Assembly: GCA_001567355.1 (NCBI GenBank)
Contig: JYNZ01000003.1
Location: 6,655-70,654 of the forward strand
From: a candidate division WS6 bacterium OLB20
Lineage (GTDB): Bacteria > Patescibacteriota > Dojkabacteria > B142 > OLB20
Direction of reading: 5' to 3'
DNA: 64,000 bases
Part shown: positions 1-8,701 of the stretch, one piece after another
Layout of the letters: each line of letters begins with the position of its first letter
Numbering within the stretch: the stretch's first letter is position 1
Made by a program: the position numbers and the translations under genes
The notes under the pieces: generated by a model
Seen by the model: only the letters and a program-made list of their open reading frames with translations
What the model was told of the DNA's origin: nothing
Databases searched by the model: none

Positions 1-188
1 GCGGTCTGATCAGACAAGCGATACTCCTGGAAAAGTCTGCGGCATCACTTACAGATATGCATGGCATCCAGAGATTTGGGACCTTAGGAGGCTAGCAGAC
101 TGTATGATTTAAAGGAGGCAACTGTGTAACTAACCGGGTCGATTTTTAGCACCTGCAGAAATTTTCACTCGGGAGTATAATCTACCAG

Positions 189-263
189 GCAGATGTAGTT
201 CAATGGTAGAATGCTTCCTTCCCAAGGAAGAGATTGCGGGTTCGAGCCCCGTCATCTGCTCCA
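189..263 (+). tRNA. tRNA-Gly(CCC) with encoded CCA
   Basis: Cloverleaf read directly: acceptor stem gcagatg/catctgc, anticodon stem cttcc/ggaag, loop ttCCCaa, T-loop gttcgag, 3' tCCA. A TATAAT -10 lies at 176-181. Confidence 0.85.
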
Positions 264-266
264 GAG

Positions 267-424
267 TTTGTGAGCTTTGCGAACAAATACTCCCAGAGAC
301 GTGCTCTCGAGCTGCAGCTTGTCTGCAGCGAGCAGTGCTGCGACATGTAAAAGCCTCTGAGGCGAATCTTTTCAGCTACTTTGTGAGCTTTGCGAACAGA
401 TAATCCCGGAGACGTGCTGTCTCG
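267..424. repeat. Two imperfect direct repeats of about 45 nt (267-309 and 380-424) right after the tRNA-Gly gene
   Basis: The two copies align as TTTGTGAGCTTTGCGAACA(A/G)ATA..TCCC(A/GG)GAGACGTGCT..TCTCG, with about 5 differences. Confidence 0.6.
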
Positions 425-430
425 CATGGT

Positions 431-817
431 CTACAGCCGGATCAGTTTTCCCTTGCGCTTTACAATATTCTTATAATCCCACTGGATCTGGCGCGATTTC
501 TCAAGCCAGCGAACCAGATCATCCTCAATAATCTGGTCGGCAGATGTGTAGCGTTTCTCTGCAGCCTTAAAGCTCCCTTCTTTTTTCAGTTCCGGCTCGT
601 CAAAGGACTGTCCGCTCCAGAACAGCAGCCGGACAGAATCCTTGAGCTTGCTGTAGCCTGCAACTGGATTTCCGTTTAGAAACCAGACGGGATGCCCGTG
701 CCAGATCTTGCTTTCGGCCTCGGGCAGGACTGTATCAATCATTCCGCTCAGTTTTGCACAGATTTCCTGATCTGACGCATTCTGAGCTTTGTTGTATTCT
801 GCAATATCTTTCTGCAT
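431..817 (-). CDS. DUF1801 (YdhG-like) domain protein
   Basis: The IWHGHPVWFLNGNPVAGYSKLKDSVRLLFWSG region is typical of DUF1801. Confidence 0.55.
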   Translation of the reverse strand: MQKDIAEYNKAQNASDQEICAKLSGMIDTVLPEAESKIWHGHPVWFLNGNPVAGYSKLKDSVRLLFWSGQSFDEPELKKEGSFKAAEKRYTSADQIIEDDLVRWLEKSRQIQWDYKNIVKRKGKLIRL

Positions 818-946
818 ATGTACGAATGTTATTATTTTGAGTGTACAGCAGCCATGATTAAATTGTGCACTGAAATGTCGTACAATCGTTGAAACCAGTC
901 GGAATGAACGTAACAGCTATAGCTATGGTACAATTATGCAAGCTGT

Positions 947-1294
947 TTGCAAATGAGAAATACAAAAAGCCGGCAACAACTCCTGAAAATACTTGAAAAA
1001 GGTGGTGCATTCTCCGCTGCAAAACTGCACGAACTCCTGCCCGGGATGGATCTGGCTACAATCTACCGCAACCTCAATCTGTTTACACAAGAGGGCATCA
1101 CCAGAGAAATTCTGGTGAAAAAAGGTGAGAGCATGTTTGAGCTGATCAGAGATGATCACCAGCATGCGCTGTGCAATAACTGCGGCAAATTGCTGCATGT
1201 CAGTTTTGACAAGCAGCGGCTGATCGATGCGATTGACATCAAGGACTTTGAAGTTGACGATCTGGAGCTGACTATCCGGGGTCACTGTACCTGA
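947..1294 (+). CDS. Fur-family metal-responsive transcriptional regulator
   Basis: Winged-helix N-terminus followed by the DDHQHALCNNCGKL metal-binding (HHxH...CxxC) motif. Confidence 0.8.
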   Translation: MQMRNTKSRQQLLKILEKGGAFSAAKLHELLPGMDLATIYRNLNLFTQEGITREILVKKGESMFELIRDDHQHALCNNCGKLLHVSFDKQRLIDAIDIKDFEVDDLELTIRGHCT

Positions 1295-1295
1295 A

Positions 1296-1976
1296 ATGAA
1301 TTCACCTGCAATCCAAACCAGACGCTATGCATTCTATCTGCTGCTGACTGCTGTTTCAGTTATCTGGGCAGGTCGTGTGCTGTTGCTTGACCCCCTGCTG
1401 GAACGTTTTGTACAGGATACAACGCTACTGCTCAGCATCGATCTTCTCTTCAAGCTGCTTATTTTTGTCGTACCTGCACTCGGGTATACACTCTTTGTCC
1501 CCCGCAAAAAAGCCCTGTCTGTATTTATGATCAGTTCTGGCAGAAAGGTATCAGTGACGACAGCTGCATCAGTAGCAGGTGTACTTGTCGCCCTGCTTGT
1601 CAGTACCCCCGGTTTGCTTGCAGATGGTGAGATCAGTCTTGTAAACAGCGGGATTCCGCTGCTTATACTTATACCTGTCCGGATAATAGCCATTCCCCTT
1701 ATTGAAGAGCTCTTCTTCAGAGGATTTGTGCAGAGTGAGACAGGACAGCTGCATTCAAAATCAGTAGCTGTACTTGTTCAGTCTGTCTGTTTTGCCCTGA
1801 TGCTGCAGATCCCGCTTCTGGTCCTGTTCGGTCCGGTACCCAGTATCATCCTTGCTTCTGCCGGTCTGTTTCTCACCGGGATCTTCCTTGGGATTCTTAC
1901 GCTTAAAACCGGAAGTATTGTTCCCGCTGCTGTCACCCGGATTATCCTGACTGCTGCTGCTTTGCTCTTCAGATAG
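1296..1976 (+). CDS. CPBP (CAAX) family intramembrane metalloprotease
   Basis: Polytopic membrane protein carrying the EELFFRGF motif 1. Confidence 0.7.
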   Translation: MNSPAIQTRRYAFYLLLTAVSVIWAGRVLLLDPLLERFVQDTTLLLSIDLLFKLLIFVVPALGYTLFVPRKKALSVFMISSGRKVSVTTAASVAGVLVALLVSTPGLLADGEISLVNSGIPLLILIPVRIIAIPLIEELFFRGFVQSETGQLHSKSVAVLVQSVCFALMLQIPLLVLFGPVPSIILASAGLFLTGIFLGILTLKTGSIVPAAVTRIILTAAALLFR

Positions 1977-2618
1977 GCTTCTGTCGAGCTTTGTCCTCAG
2001 CAGAATAGACCCTGAGCGGACAAACTCACTGTGTGTCAAACGGGTCTGCCTCAGGATCCACTCCCACGCTATGTCCGCGTAGGCAGGCGTTCCATCCCTT
2101 CTGCTGTGGTCGAGTACACGGACAATGTCATCCTCTCTGTGCGCTGCTCCTGCACCATCTGCTACCGAATGTCTGCGCTCACGCACAACGACATGGTCCA
2201 CGGTCGCGTTCATCAGTGCATGCATAGTTCCAGCCTCAATATGAATAGATTGACTCTCTGCCATATGCAGTACCAGCAGGGATTGCTCTGCATAACGCAA
2301 GAGCTCGGGCCTAGATATCCTGTGCTCTGCAGGCACGACACAGTCACTGATCAGCATCGTGATCGGTGTAAGCGCCTCCCAGTACTCATGGTGTCCGGCC
2401 GAATTACCAATCCCATGCAGCTGCAGACTGAGCGCATTGATCCCGTGGGGATAATCCCCGCCGGGATTGACCCAGAGAATCTTTTCGTCCTCATCATTAT
2501 CGACACGCAGATGCAGATACCCTCCCCACGGACGAATATCTCCGTCTGCACGGTCGGGGACACTGATACCGGCGCTTTCAAGTCGTCTCAGTACTGGTTG
2601 CGGAATTTTGAAGGCCAT
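1761..2618 (-). CDS. Hypothetical protein, possibly metallophosphoesterase-like; the C-terminal 70 aa overlap the CPBP gene and may be a frameshift artefact
   Basis: GGDYPHG and GNSAGHHEYW motifs; the low-complexity tail is antisense to a membrane gene. Confidence 0.35.
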   Translation of the reverse strand: MAFKIPQPVLRRLESAGISVPDRADGDIRPWGGYLHLRVDNDEDEKILWVNPGGDYPHGINALSLQLHGIGNSAGHHEYWEALTPITMLISDCVVPAEHRISRPELLRYAEQSLLVLHMAESQSIHIEAGTMHALMNATVDHVVVRERRHSVADGAGAAHREDDIVRVLDHSRRDGTPAYADIAWEWILRQTRLTHSEFVRSGSILLRTKLDRSLSEEQSSSSQDNPGDSSGNNTSGFKRKNPKEDPGEKQTGRSKDDTGYRTEQDQKRDLQHQGKTDRLNKYSY

Positions 2619-2716
2619 ACATGTGACCGGATAATGCGCTGATTATACACCATGCGGTTGCATTCGGGCTTGCGGTAGAGCGCATACTCGGGTAGTCTGA
2701 GAATATCCATATTCTT

Positions 2717-5700
2717 ATGACACGACTGAATAAGGCAATCTACCTATCACTAATCCTGGCAATACTTGCCGGGCTTATTGCGTTATCTGTAAGCAGACCC
2801 GGATCCGAAACTGCAACCAGTGTTGCCGGATACTCGGCACATGGCTGGACACAAAAGGGGCTCTCCCTGGATAGTTCTGCATCACAATACGCGCGCGGCC
2901 CAGGTGAAAACATGAACGGCTACTACAGCGCAGATGATGGCAGCGGGGGAGCGTTTTTCTTCTGGCACTACGACGGATCCGGATCAGGAATGCGCGTGGC
3001 GCAAAACGGCAGTATTCCTTGTACGTGGGCTGCCGGAGGGGGTGCATCTTATCAGCTGGTCGAGGGCAACTCGGGTGAGGCAATCATGTTCTCTGACTGG
3101 GGCCGTCTGGCACGCAAGGTAAATTCCACATGTTCACCAAATGTCTGGGGGGTATTCGACATACAGCTCTATCCTGGTAATCCTGTCGGGAACTATAACT
3201 TCACCAAACCTGTCTCTGACGGCAGTGGTGGAGCGATTGTCGCCTCTGCCTTTTCAGGGAACTATTATCTGCAGCGTATCAATTCTGCCGGTGTTATTCA
3301 ATGGGGCGCTACCGGTATATCGGTTCCGGGTGGCTCGCTGAACCACACAATTGTTCCTGACGGAAGCGGCGGAGCAGTCTATGCCTGGGTAAACGGTACT
3401 GACTTGTATATTCAACGGTATGACGCTGCAGGAGCAGAGCAGTGGACACCTGGTGGCATACTGGTAGGTATAAACGTTACTGCAACTCCTGGTCTGGCTT
3501 ATTCCGGAGGGGAGTATTTTATCTCATACTATAATGGATTCACTAATCATCTTCAGAAGTACAACGCCTCAGGAGTGCCTCAGTTTGCAGGCCCGGGCGT
3601 CAACTACAGCAGCTCAAATTTCAATGGTATCACCAGCGACGGTCAGGGAGGGGTTATCATCTCTGACTTTTCGCGCGTACGCAGGATAAACAATGCAGGC
3701 ACAGAGCTGTTCACAGTTATTCCCCCAGGTGTATACAATAGAGCGGCAGTTACGGCGGACGGTGCCATAGTTGTTACGGCCCACGGCTTCTGTACAACGA
3801 CAAACGGAGGCCACGATATCCGCTCAATCAAATACAGGCTCAGTGACGGAGCAACCATCTCGCCCAGCATTTGTTTTTCCAACGCTGTCAATGATCAGAT
3901 CTACCCCTATATCAGACCAAGCGGAACACGCGATGTAATCCTGTCATGGACTGATGAACGCACACCCGGAAACAATGGCGACCTCTACGTGATGCGCAGC
4001 GCTTTCACTAACCAGATTTTTGATCTGCCGATTGGATACGACACCAGAACCGATCCCTCAACCAGAATCGACGGACTGCAGGGAGGATCGACAGACCCAT
4101 CACTGACAAACGGTACAACCTCATCATCAGTGCCTGTATTTGTCTACAGAACTTCTACAGGGAGGCCTCTGGCACTTGTTGATGACGTTGATATGAGTCT
4201 TGATCGGGTCTGGAATGACTTTACAGCAGAGCAGGATCTGACCGGTACTACCACGGCCGTTAGCGGACTTCTTAGTGAAGAAGGTGTCAACAGCTCTACC
4301 ATGACACTGTACGCTCTTGTTAACGGCAACTCGTTTGTACGGATCTGTCCGTCGGCAACTGCACTTGTTGATGTAACGGACACCTGTCCGGGAGGAACAA
4401 CCGCTGATGAGACACACCCTGATGTATCAATTGAAAATATTAACGGTGCTGATTACTGGCGTGTTGATAACCAGACAGGCATAGGGATACTGTCACTGGC
4501 AGCACCGACACCTACACCTACGCCATCTCCTACACCTGCACCGACCGTTCAGCCGATTGAATATCACGCAGTGGACTATGCCGGAAACTATGCTATTGTC
4601 GACCTTGCAAACGGTCTGGAGTCTAACGGTGATACGTTTACCGTAACCAACGAACCGCCAGGCTTCACCTTCTGGGGAGCTTCGGGTCTTGTCTACAATC
4701 CGGTTGACTGTCAGATGTACTCCCTTGCCAGGCTGGACGACGGCAACAGTATCTACTTCTTCTCACTGGCTACGGTAGACATCGTCACCAGAGAGATGAC
4801 AATCATCGGTGACACTGGCGAGGCCATCTCAAACATGTTCTTTGATGACAGCGGCAATCTGTTCGGGGTAACCGGCAACGGCTCCACAAACCCGCACGCG
4901 CTTGTTTCGATTGACACAGGCACTGGAGCCGCAACCGTGATTCATACGTTTGCTGATACACCCGGACCTAACAATGACAACTATGGCAACACAGCGGACT
5001 ATCACCCCGGAGATGATCTGGTTTACTACCTCTCCGGATACAACGCAGACAGACAGTATCAATCAATCACGACTGCGGGTACGTCAGAAACGAACCTGCC
5101 GTATACACCAGACGGAGGGACGCCATCAGAAGCAGCAACTGTTCTTATCTACGATAATGATCTCGGAGAGTTCCTGATGGTTGACTGGAACGAAGAGGTT
5201 TACACTGTTGATACTTCCGGTAACGAGACCCACCTGAGCAGTCTGCCGGGCACCTTTGTTAATGACATCAAGGGACTTGCACCGTTAAGCTGCTCCCTGC
5301 CGACACCCAGTCCGACACCGACAAATACTCCTACTAACACACCCACACCAACTGCAACACCAACGGCAACTCAGTCACCTACACCCACAATGACCCCGAC
5401 AGCAAGTCCGTCAGCATCTGTAACTCTGACACCCACGACATCGGCAACTGCTGCAGTGACTGCTACCAGTACAGCTACGACGACCCCTGATACTGTTACT
5501 GACAGCGATGGTGACGGACTGAGTGATGCTGAAGAAGAAGAACTCGGAACAGACCCGAATAATCCGGATACCGATGGCGACGGTCTGAGTGACGGATTCG
5601 AGTCAGAGTACACCAACAACAGCTCAATCCTTAATCCGCTCAGTCCGGACAGTGATTCTGACGGTGTGGTCGATGGACTCGAGGACCATGATTTTGACGG

Positions 5701-6892
5701 GCTGACAAATGCACAGGAACAGGAGGCGGGAACAAGTCCGATTATGCCTGACACAGACGGTGACGGACAGCTTGACGGCGAAGAAGTTGAAGGCTGCTTC
5801 TATCTCGATAACACGACTGAATGTTCAGACAACACGTTCGGTCCTACAAATCCGCTGGTACCCGATTCTCCAGGCAATCCCGCGCCACCAACCGCGACAC
5901 CGACTCCTGTCGTTTCTGATCTGCCTCAGACAGGCAACCCGGGTGGGCCGGCAGCATTTGTGGAATCAGTACTTGAATTCTTCACAGATGCCAGTGAGAC
6001 AGCCGTTCCGTCCATTCTGACAGTTGGTGCAGTTGCGACTTCAGCTCTTACTGCAGCTACGTATCCGAGACTGGTTCTCTATGCCGTATTCTGGCTGCGC
6101 CGGCCGAAAAAACAGGCACCGTGGGGAATTGTGTATGATGCCGACAGCCGCACACCCGTGGCATTTGCAGCAGTCAGGTTGTATTCGACAACAGGAGAGT
6201 TTGTAGCTGAGGTAATCTCTGACCTGCAGGGCAGGTATGCACATGCTGTAGACGCCGGGACCTGGCAGATCAAAGCCGAACACCCTGATTATCAGACAGC
6301 TGTCATGTCAGTCAGCAAGGCATCAGCTGATGAGTTTGTCACCCGGGATATAGCAATGGCACACGAACTGACAACCGGTGTACCGGCAAGGGACCGTCTT
6401 CGTGAGCTGCTGCCGAAAATCAACAGCATCATCTTCTCAGCCGGCTTTCTATTTTCAATCCTTGCGCTGCTGTTTTCGCCAAACATATTCAATGCTCTGG
6501 TTACGTTCCTCTACCTGGTGCAGATCTACTTCTGGTACAGGTTTACACCTCGCAAGTCCGGATCTGTTGAGGATCAGTACGGAGCACGTAAAAGCGGTAT
6601 GTTTGTCAGGCTGTTCAGTCAGGAGGAGGAACGTCAGATTGATGTCTCGCTTACAGACAGTGCAGGACGTTATCTGCTGAGAGCCGAACCGGGTACATAC
6701 CTGCTAGCGGTCGGCAGCCAGGATGCAAAAATTGATCCTGACCATCACCGCAGTGAAACTAAATCGTCAGGCAGCGGAACCGAGTTTCTCACTGTTACTG
6801 TTGATCAGGATGGACTTGTAAATAAACGTATACATCTGTTGTCAGGCAGCAGCCAGACTCCCGCGCCTGCATTCGGGGCGCTTGCCGCATGA
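2717..6892 (+). CDS. Large secreted cell-surface protein (1391 aa) with an internal LPQTG sorting-like signal
   Basis: Signal/TM N-terminus. Repeated SGGA propeller-like units. PT-rich linkers at 4500-4560 and 5290-5400. Thrombospondin-type-3-like DxDxDG calcium-binding repeats at 5500-5800. LPQTG at 5921-5935 followed by a TM helix, RRPKK, then two carboxypeptidase-regulatory-like domains and a second TM. Confidence 0.8.
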   Translation: MTRLNKAIYLSLILAILAGLIALSVSRPGSETATSVAGYSAHGWTQKGLSLDSSASQYARGPGENMNGYYSADDGSGGAFFFWHYDGSGSGMRVAQNGSIPCTWAAGGGASYQLVEGNSGEAIMFSDWGRLARKVNSTCSPNVWGVFDIQLYPGNPVGNYNFTKPVSDGSGGAIVASAFSGNYYLQRINSAGVIQWGATGISVPGGSLNHTIVPDGSGGAVYAWVNGTDLYIQRYDAAGAEQWTPGGILVGINVTATPGLAYSGGEYFISYYNGFTNHLQKYNASGVPQFAGPGVNYSSSNFNGITSDGQGGVIISDFSRVRRINNAGTELFTVIPPGVYNRAAVTADGAIVVTAHGFCTTTNGGHDIRSIKYRLSDGATISPSICFSNAVNDQIYPYIRPSGTRDVILSWTDERTPGNNGDLYVMRSAFTNQIFDLPIGYDTRTDPSTRIDGLQGGSTDPSLTNGTTSSSVPVFVYRTSTGRPLALVDDVDMSLDRVWNDFTAEQDLTGTTTAVSGLLSEEGVNSSTMTLYALVNGNSFVRICPSATALVDVTDTCPGGTTADETHPDVSIENINGADYWRVDNQTGIGILSLAAPTPTPTPSPTPAPTVQPIEYHAVDYAGNYAIVDLANGLESNGDTFTVTNEPPGFTFWGASGLVYNPVDCQMYSLARLDDGNSIYFFSLATVDIVTREMTIIGDTGEAISNMFFDDSGNLFGVTGNGSTNPHALVSIDTGTGAATVIHTFADTPGPNNDNYGNTADYHPGDDLVYYLSGYNADRQYQSITTAGTSETNLPYTPDGGTPSEAATVLIYDNDLGEFLMVDWNEEVYTVDTSGNETHLSSLPGTFVNDIKGLAPLSCSLPTPSPTPTNTPTNTPTPTATPTATQSPTPTMTPTASPSASVTLTPTTSATAAVTATSTATTTPDTVTDSDGDGLSDAEEEELGTDPNNPDTDGDGLSDGFESEYTNNSSILNPLSPDSDSDGVVDGLEDHDFDGLTNAQEQEAGTSPIMPDTDGDGQLDGEEVEGCFYLDNTTECSDNTFGPTNPLVPDSPGNPAPPTATPTPVVSDLPQTGNPGGPAAFVESVLEFFTDASETAVPSILTVGAVATSALTAATYPRLVLYAVFWLRRPKKQAPWGIVYDADSRTPVAFAAVRLYSTTGEFVAEVISDLQGRYAHAVDAGTWQIKAEHPDYQTAVMSVSKASADEFVTRDIAMAHELTTGVPARDRLRELLPKINSIIFSAGFLFSILALLFSPNIFNALVTFLYLVQIYFWYRFTPRKSGSVEDQYGARKSGMFVRLFSQEEERQIDVSLTDSAGRYLLRAEPGTYLLAVGSQDAKIDPDHHRSETKSSGSGTEFLTVTVDQDGLVNKRIHLLSGSSQTPAPAFGALAA

Positions 6893-6945
6893 ACTGATTT
6901 ACATGTTGCAACACCCAAGCTACAATAAGCCTTAGCTTATTCCAA

Positions 6946-7497
6946 ATGGCTACAGCTTCTGAAGCACTTTTGCAGCAGGATCTATGGATCCTACCGCAGG
7001 ACAGAGTGATGGAACTTGCAGATATAACTCACGAACAGCTTACACGACTTGTTCCATCCTACGGTATTGCGCATAACTCAGAACTGCCGTTTCTTCTCCG
7101 GGAAAACAGGGACAACAGCATCCTGATTTCATGTCTTATGGGAGTGGACAGATCACGTGTGGCTGCGCAGCTGCGTGCACGCTCAGGCAGACTGCACCCG
7201 ATACACACCCAGAGTGACAGCCCGGCAGGGGTAGGGTGTAATAACCTCCAGTTCTCCTATTTTGATGGATTGGTATATGCAGCAACACCTGCCGGGATGT
7301 ACAGAATTGATGAGCTGTACCTCTGTCTCGACATTGCAAATGAGCGCAATGATGACCCGCTTGATACAATCGCTTTTGTCCAGACGGGACAACGGCTGCT
7401 TCAGGTACTTGCGGAACGTCCATGCAGCTTACTGCTCACTGTGGTGACAGGAGCAGAAGAAGAATATGCGCCACTTGATGAGCTGCACTTGCTATAA
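6946..7497 (+). CDS. Hypothetical protein
   Basis: 183-aa ORF with no recognisable motif. Confidence 0.4.
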   Translation: MATASEALLQQDLWILPQDRVMELADITHEQLTRLVPSYGIAHNSELPFLLRENRDNSILISCLMGVDRSRVAAQLRARSGRLHPIHTQSDSPAGVGCNNLQFSYFDGLVYAATPAGMYRIDELYLCLDIANERNDDPLDTIAFVQTGQRLLQVLAERPCSLLLTVVTGAEEEYAPLDELHLL

Positions 7498-7518
7498 TCT
7501 GCTACTTATCATTTATTT

Positions 7519-8202
7519 ATGCAACAGATACTTGCACGCAACAGACGCTGGATTATCGCAACAGCTTTTAATTATGTGCTGCTTATTACGCTTGCTGCAC
7601 TTAATATTCAGCTTGCCGTCAAACTTGCAGGCTACATTACAATACTCTACCTCGCCCTGACACTGATACCTGTACGACTGCGCGGATGGCGCTCATTTGG
7701 CGAACGTTCCGATCGCATTCTGCTGCAACTGCAGGGACAAAGGCGCGATTTTGGCATCAGTGCTGCCTGGGTTGTCATCCTGCACGCTCTGTTTGCATTT
7801 TATTACTATGGCGGAGCTTCGGTTGGTGTTATTGATCTGAGATTTTACCTCACACCGGCAATTGCCCCCGGTTTTCTTGCGGAAGGATTTCTGCTTCTGC
7901 TGCTTATTACCTCCCACGGCTATCTCAAGCGCAGGCTTGGTACCAGCTGGAAGCCGCTGCACAGGATGATCTGGATTGCAGTAGGTCTTGCAGTCGTGCA
8001 TACGTTTCTTGCAGCAAGATCATATACTGCCGAGAACACCGGTCTTGCAGCTGTGATCATCCTTCTGACTATAATTATGACAGCAGTGCTTGATTTTATT
8101 ATTCGCAGCAGACGGGGTAAGGAGACAGACATCCAGAAAACCTCGCTGGCGTTTCTGTCGCTGGGGATTATCAGCGCAATTATTTTAGCAGTAATTCTAT
8201 GA
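7519..8202 (+). CDS. Ferric-reductase-like transmembrane haem-binding protein (MsrQ/YedZ-like)
   Basis: Six TM helices with paired His residues (ILHALF..., HRMIWIAVGLAVVHTF). Confidence 0.55.
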   Translation: MQQILARNRRWIIATAFNYVLLITLAALNIQLAVKLAGYITILYLALTLIPVRLRGWRSFGERSDRILLQLQGQRRDFGISAAWVVILHALFAFYYYGGASVGVIDLRFYLTPAIAPGFLAEGFLLLLLITSHGYLKRRLGTSWKPLHRMIWIAVGLAVVHTFLAARSYTAENTGLAAVIILLTIIMTAVLDFIIRSRRGKETDIQKTSLAFLSLGIISAIILAVIL

Positions 8203-8699
8203 GCAGACCCGTAAAAATACTTCTGGCCGCAGCTGGCTGCGTCATTGCAGTCGCCATCTGCTGCATAGCCGCAATCGGAGGAGGAGTGCTGTTATTCAAT
8301 GAGGCATACAAAACTGATGACCGCATCTCAATATCAGTAGAAACACCCGAACGGATAACCGAAGGCGATGAGTTTGAGTTCCGGATGGTCGTGACAAACA
8401 GCGGTGACAGCGATCTGACCATTACCGAGATGGATATCAGCGAGTCGCTTCTTGAGGGCACCGATGTCATCTCGGTTGATCCCGAGCCGGTATCATCGTC
8501 ATCATTTACAGTAATTGAGGAATACCTTGAATACACGTTTGATCCGTTTACGATCAGACCTGGAGAGAGCAGGGCAGTCACACTTACACTCAAGGCTGAA
8601 TTTGACGGTCTTTACCGGGGAGACATCACGTTCTATAACGACAGGCTCTTTAATCAGCAGGAGTATCACACATCATTCAGGATCCACCCTGAAGAATAA
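8199..8699 (+). CDS. Membrane-anchored hypothetical protein
   Basis: N-terminal TM anchor followed by a beta-rich domain; start overlaps the previous stop by 4 nt. Confidence 0.45.
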   Translation: MSRPVKILLAAAGCVIAVAICCIAAIGGGVLLFNEAYKTDDRISISVETPERITEGDEFEFRMVVTNSGDSDLTITEMDISESLLEGTDVISVDPEPVSSSSFTVIEEYLEYTFDPFTIRPGESRAVTLTLKAEFDGLYRGDITFYNDRLFNQQEYHTSFRIHPEE

Positions 8700-8701
8700 A
8701 C

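Noticed and set aside
189-430. An integrase or prophage at the tRNA-Gly 3' end
   Set aside because: No integrase, transposase or phage-like ORFs lie downstream; only DUF1801 and Fur genes follow.
2031-2642. The 203-aa plus-strand ORF
   Set aside because: It is fully antisense to the motif-bearing minus-strand ORF 1761-2618, and its composition (many Cys, His and Arg) is unnatural, so it is a shadow ORF. Other short ORFs nested in dnaE, cas9, uvrB, the giant proteins and similar genes were rejected as shadows for the same reason.
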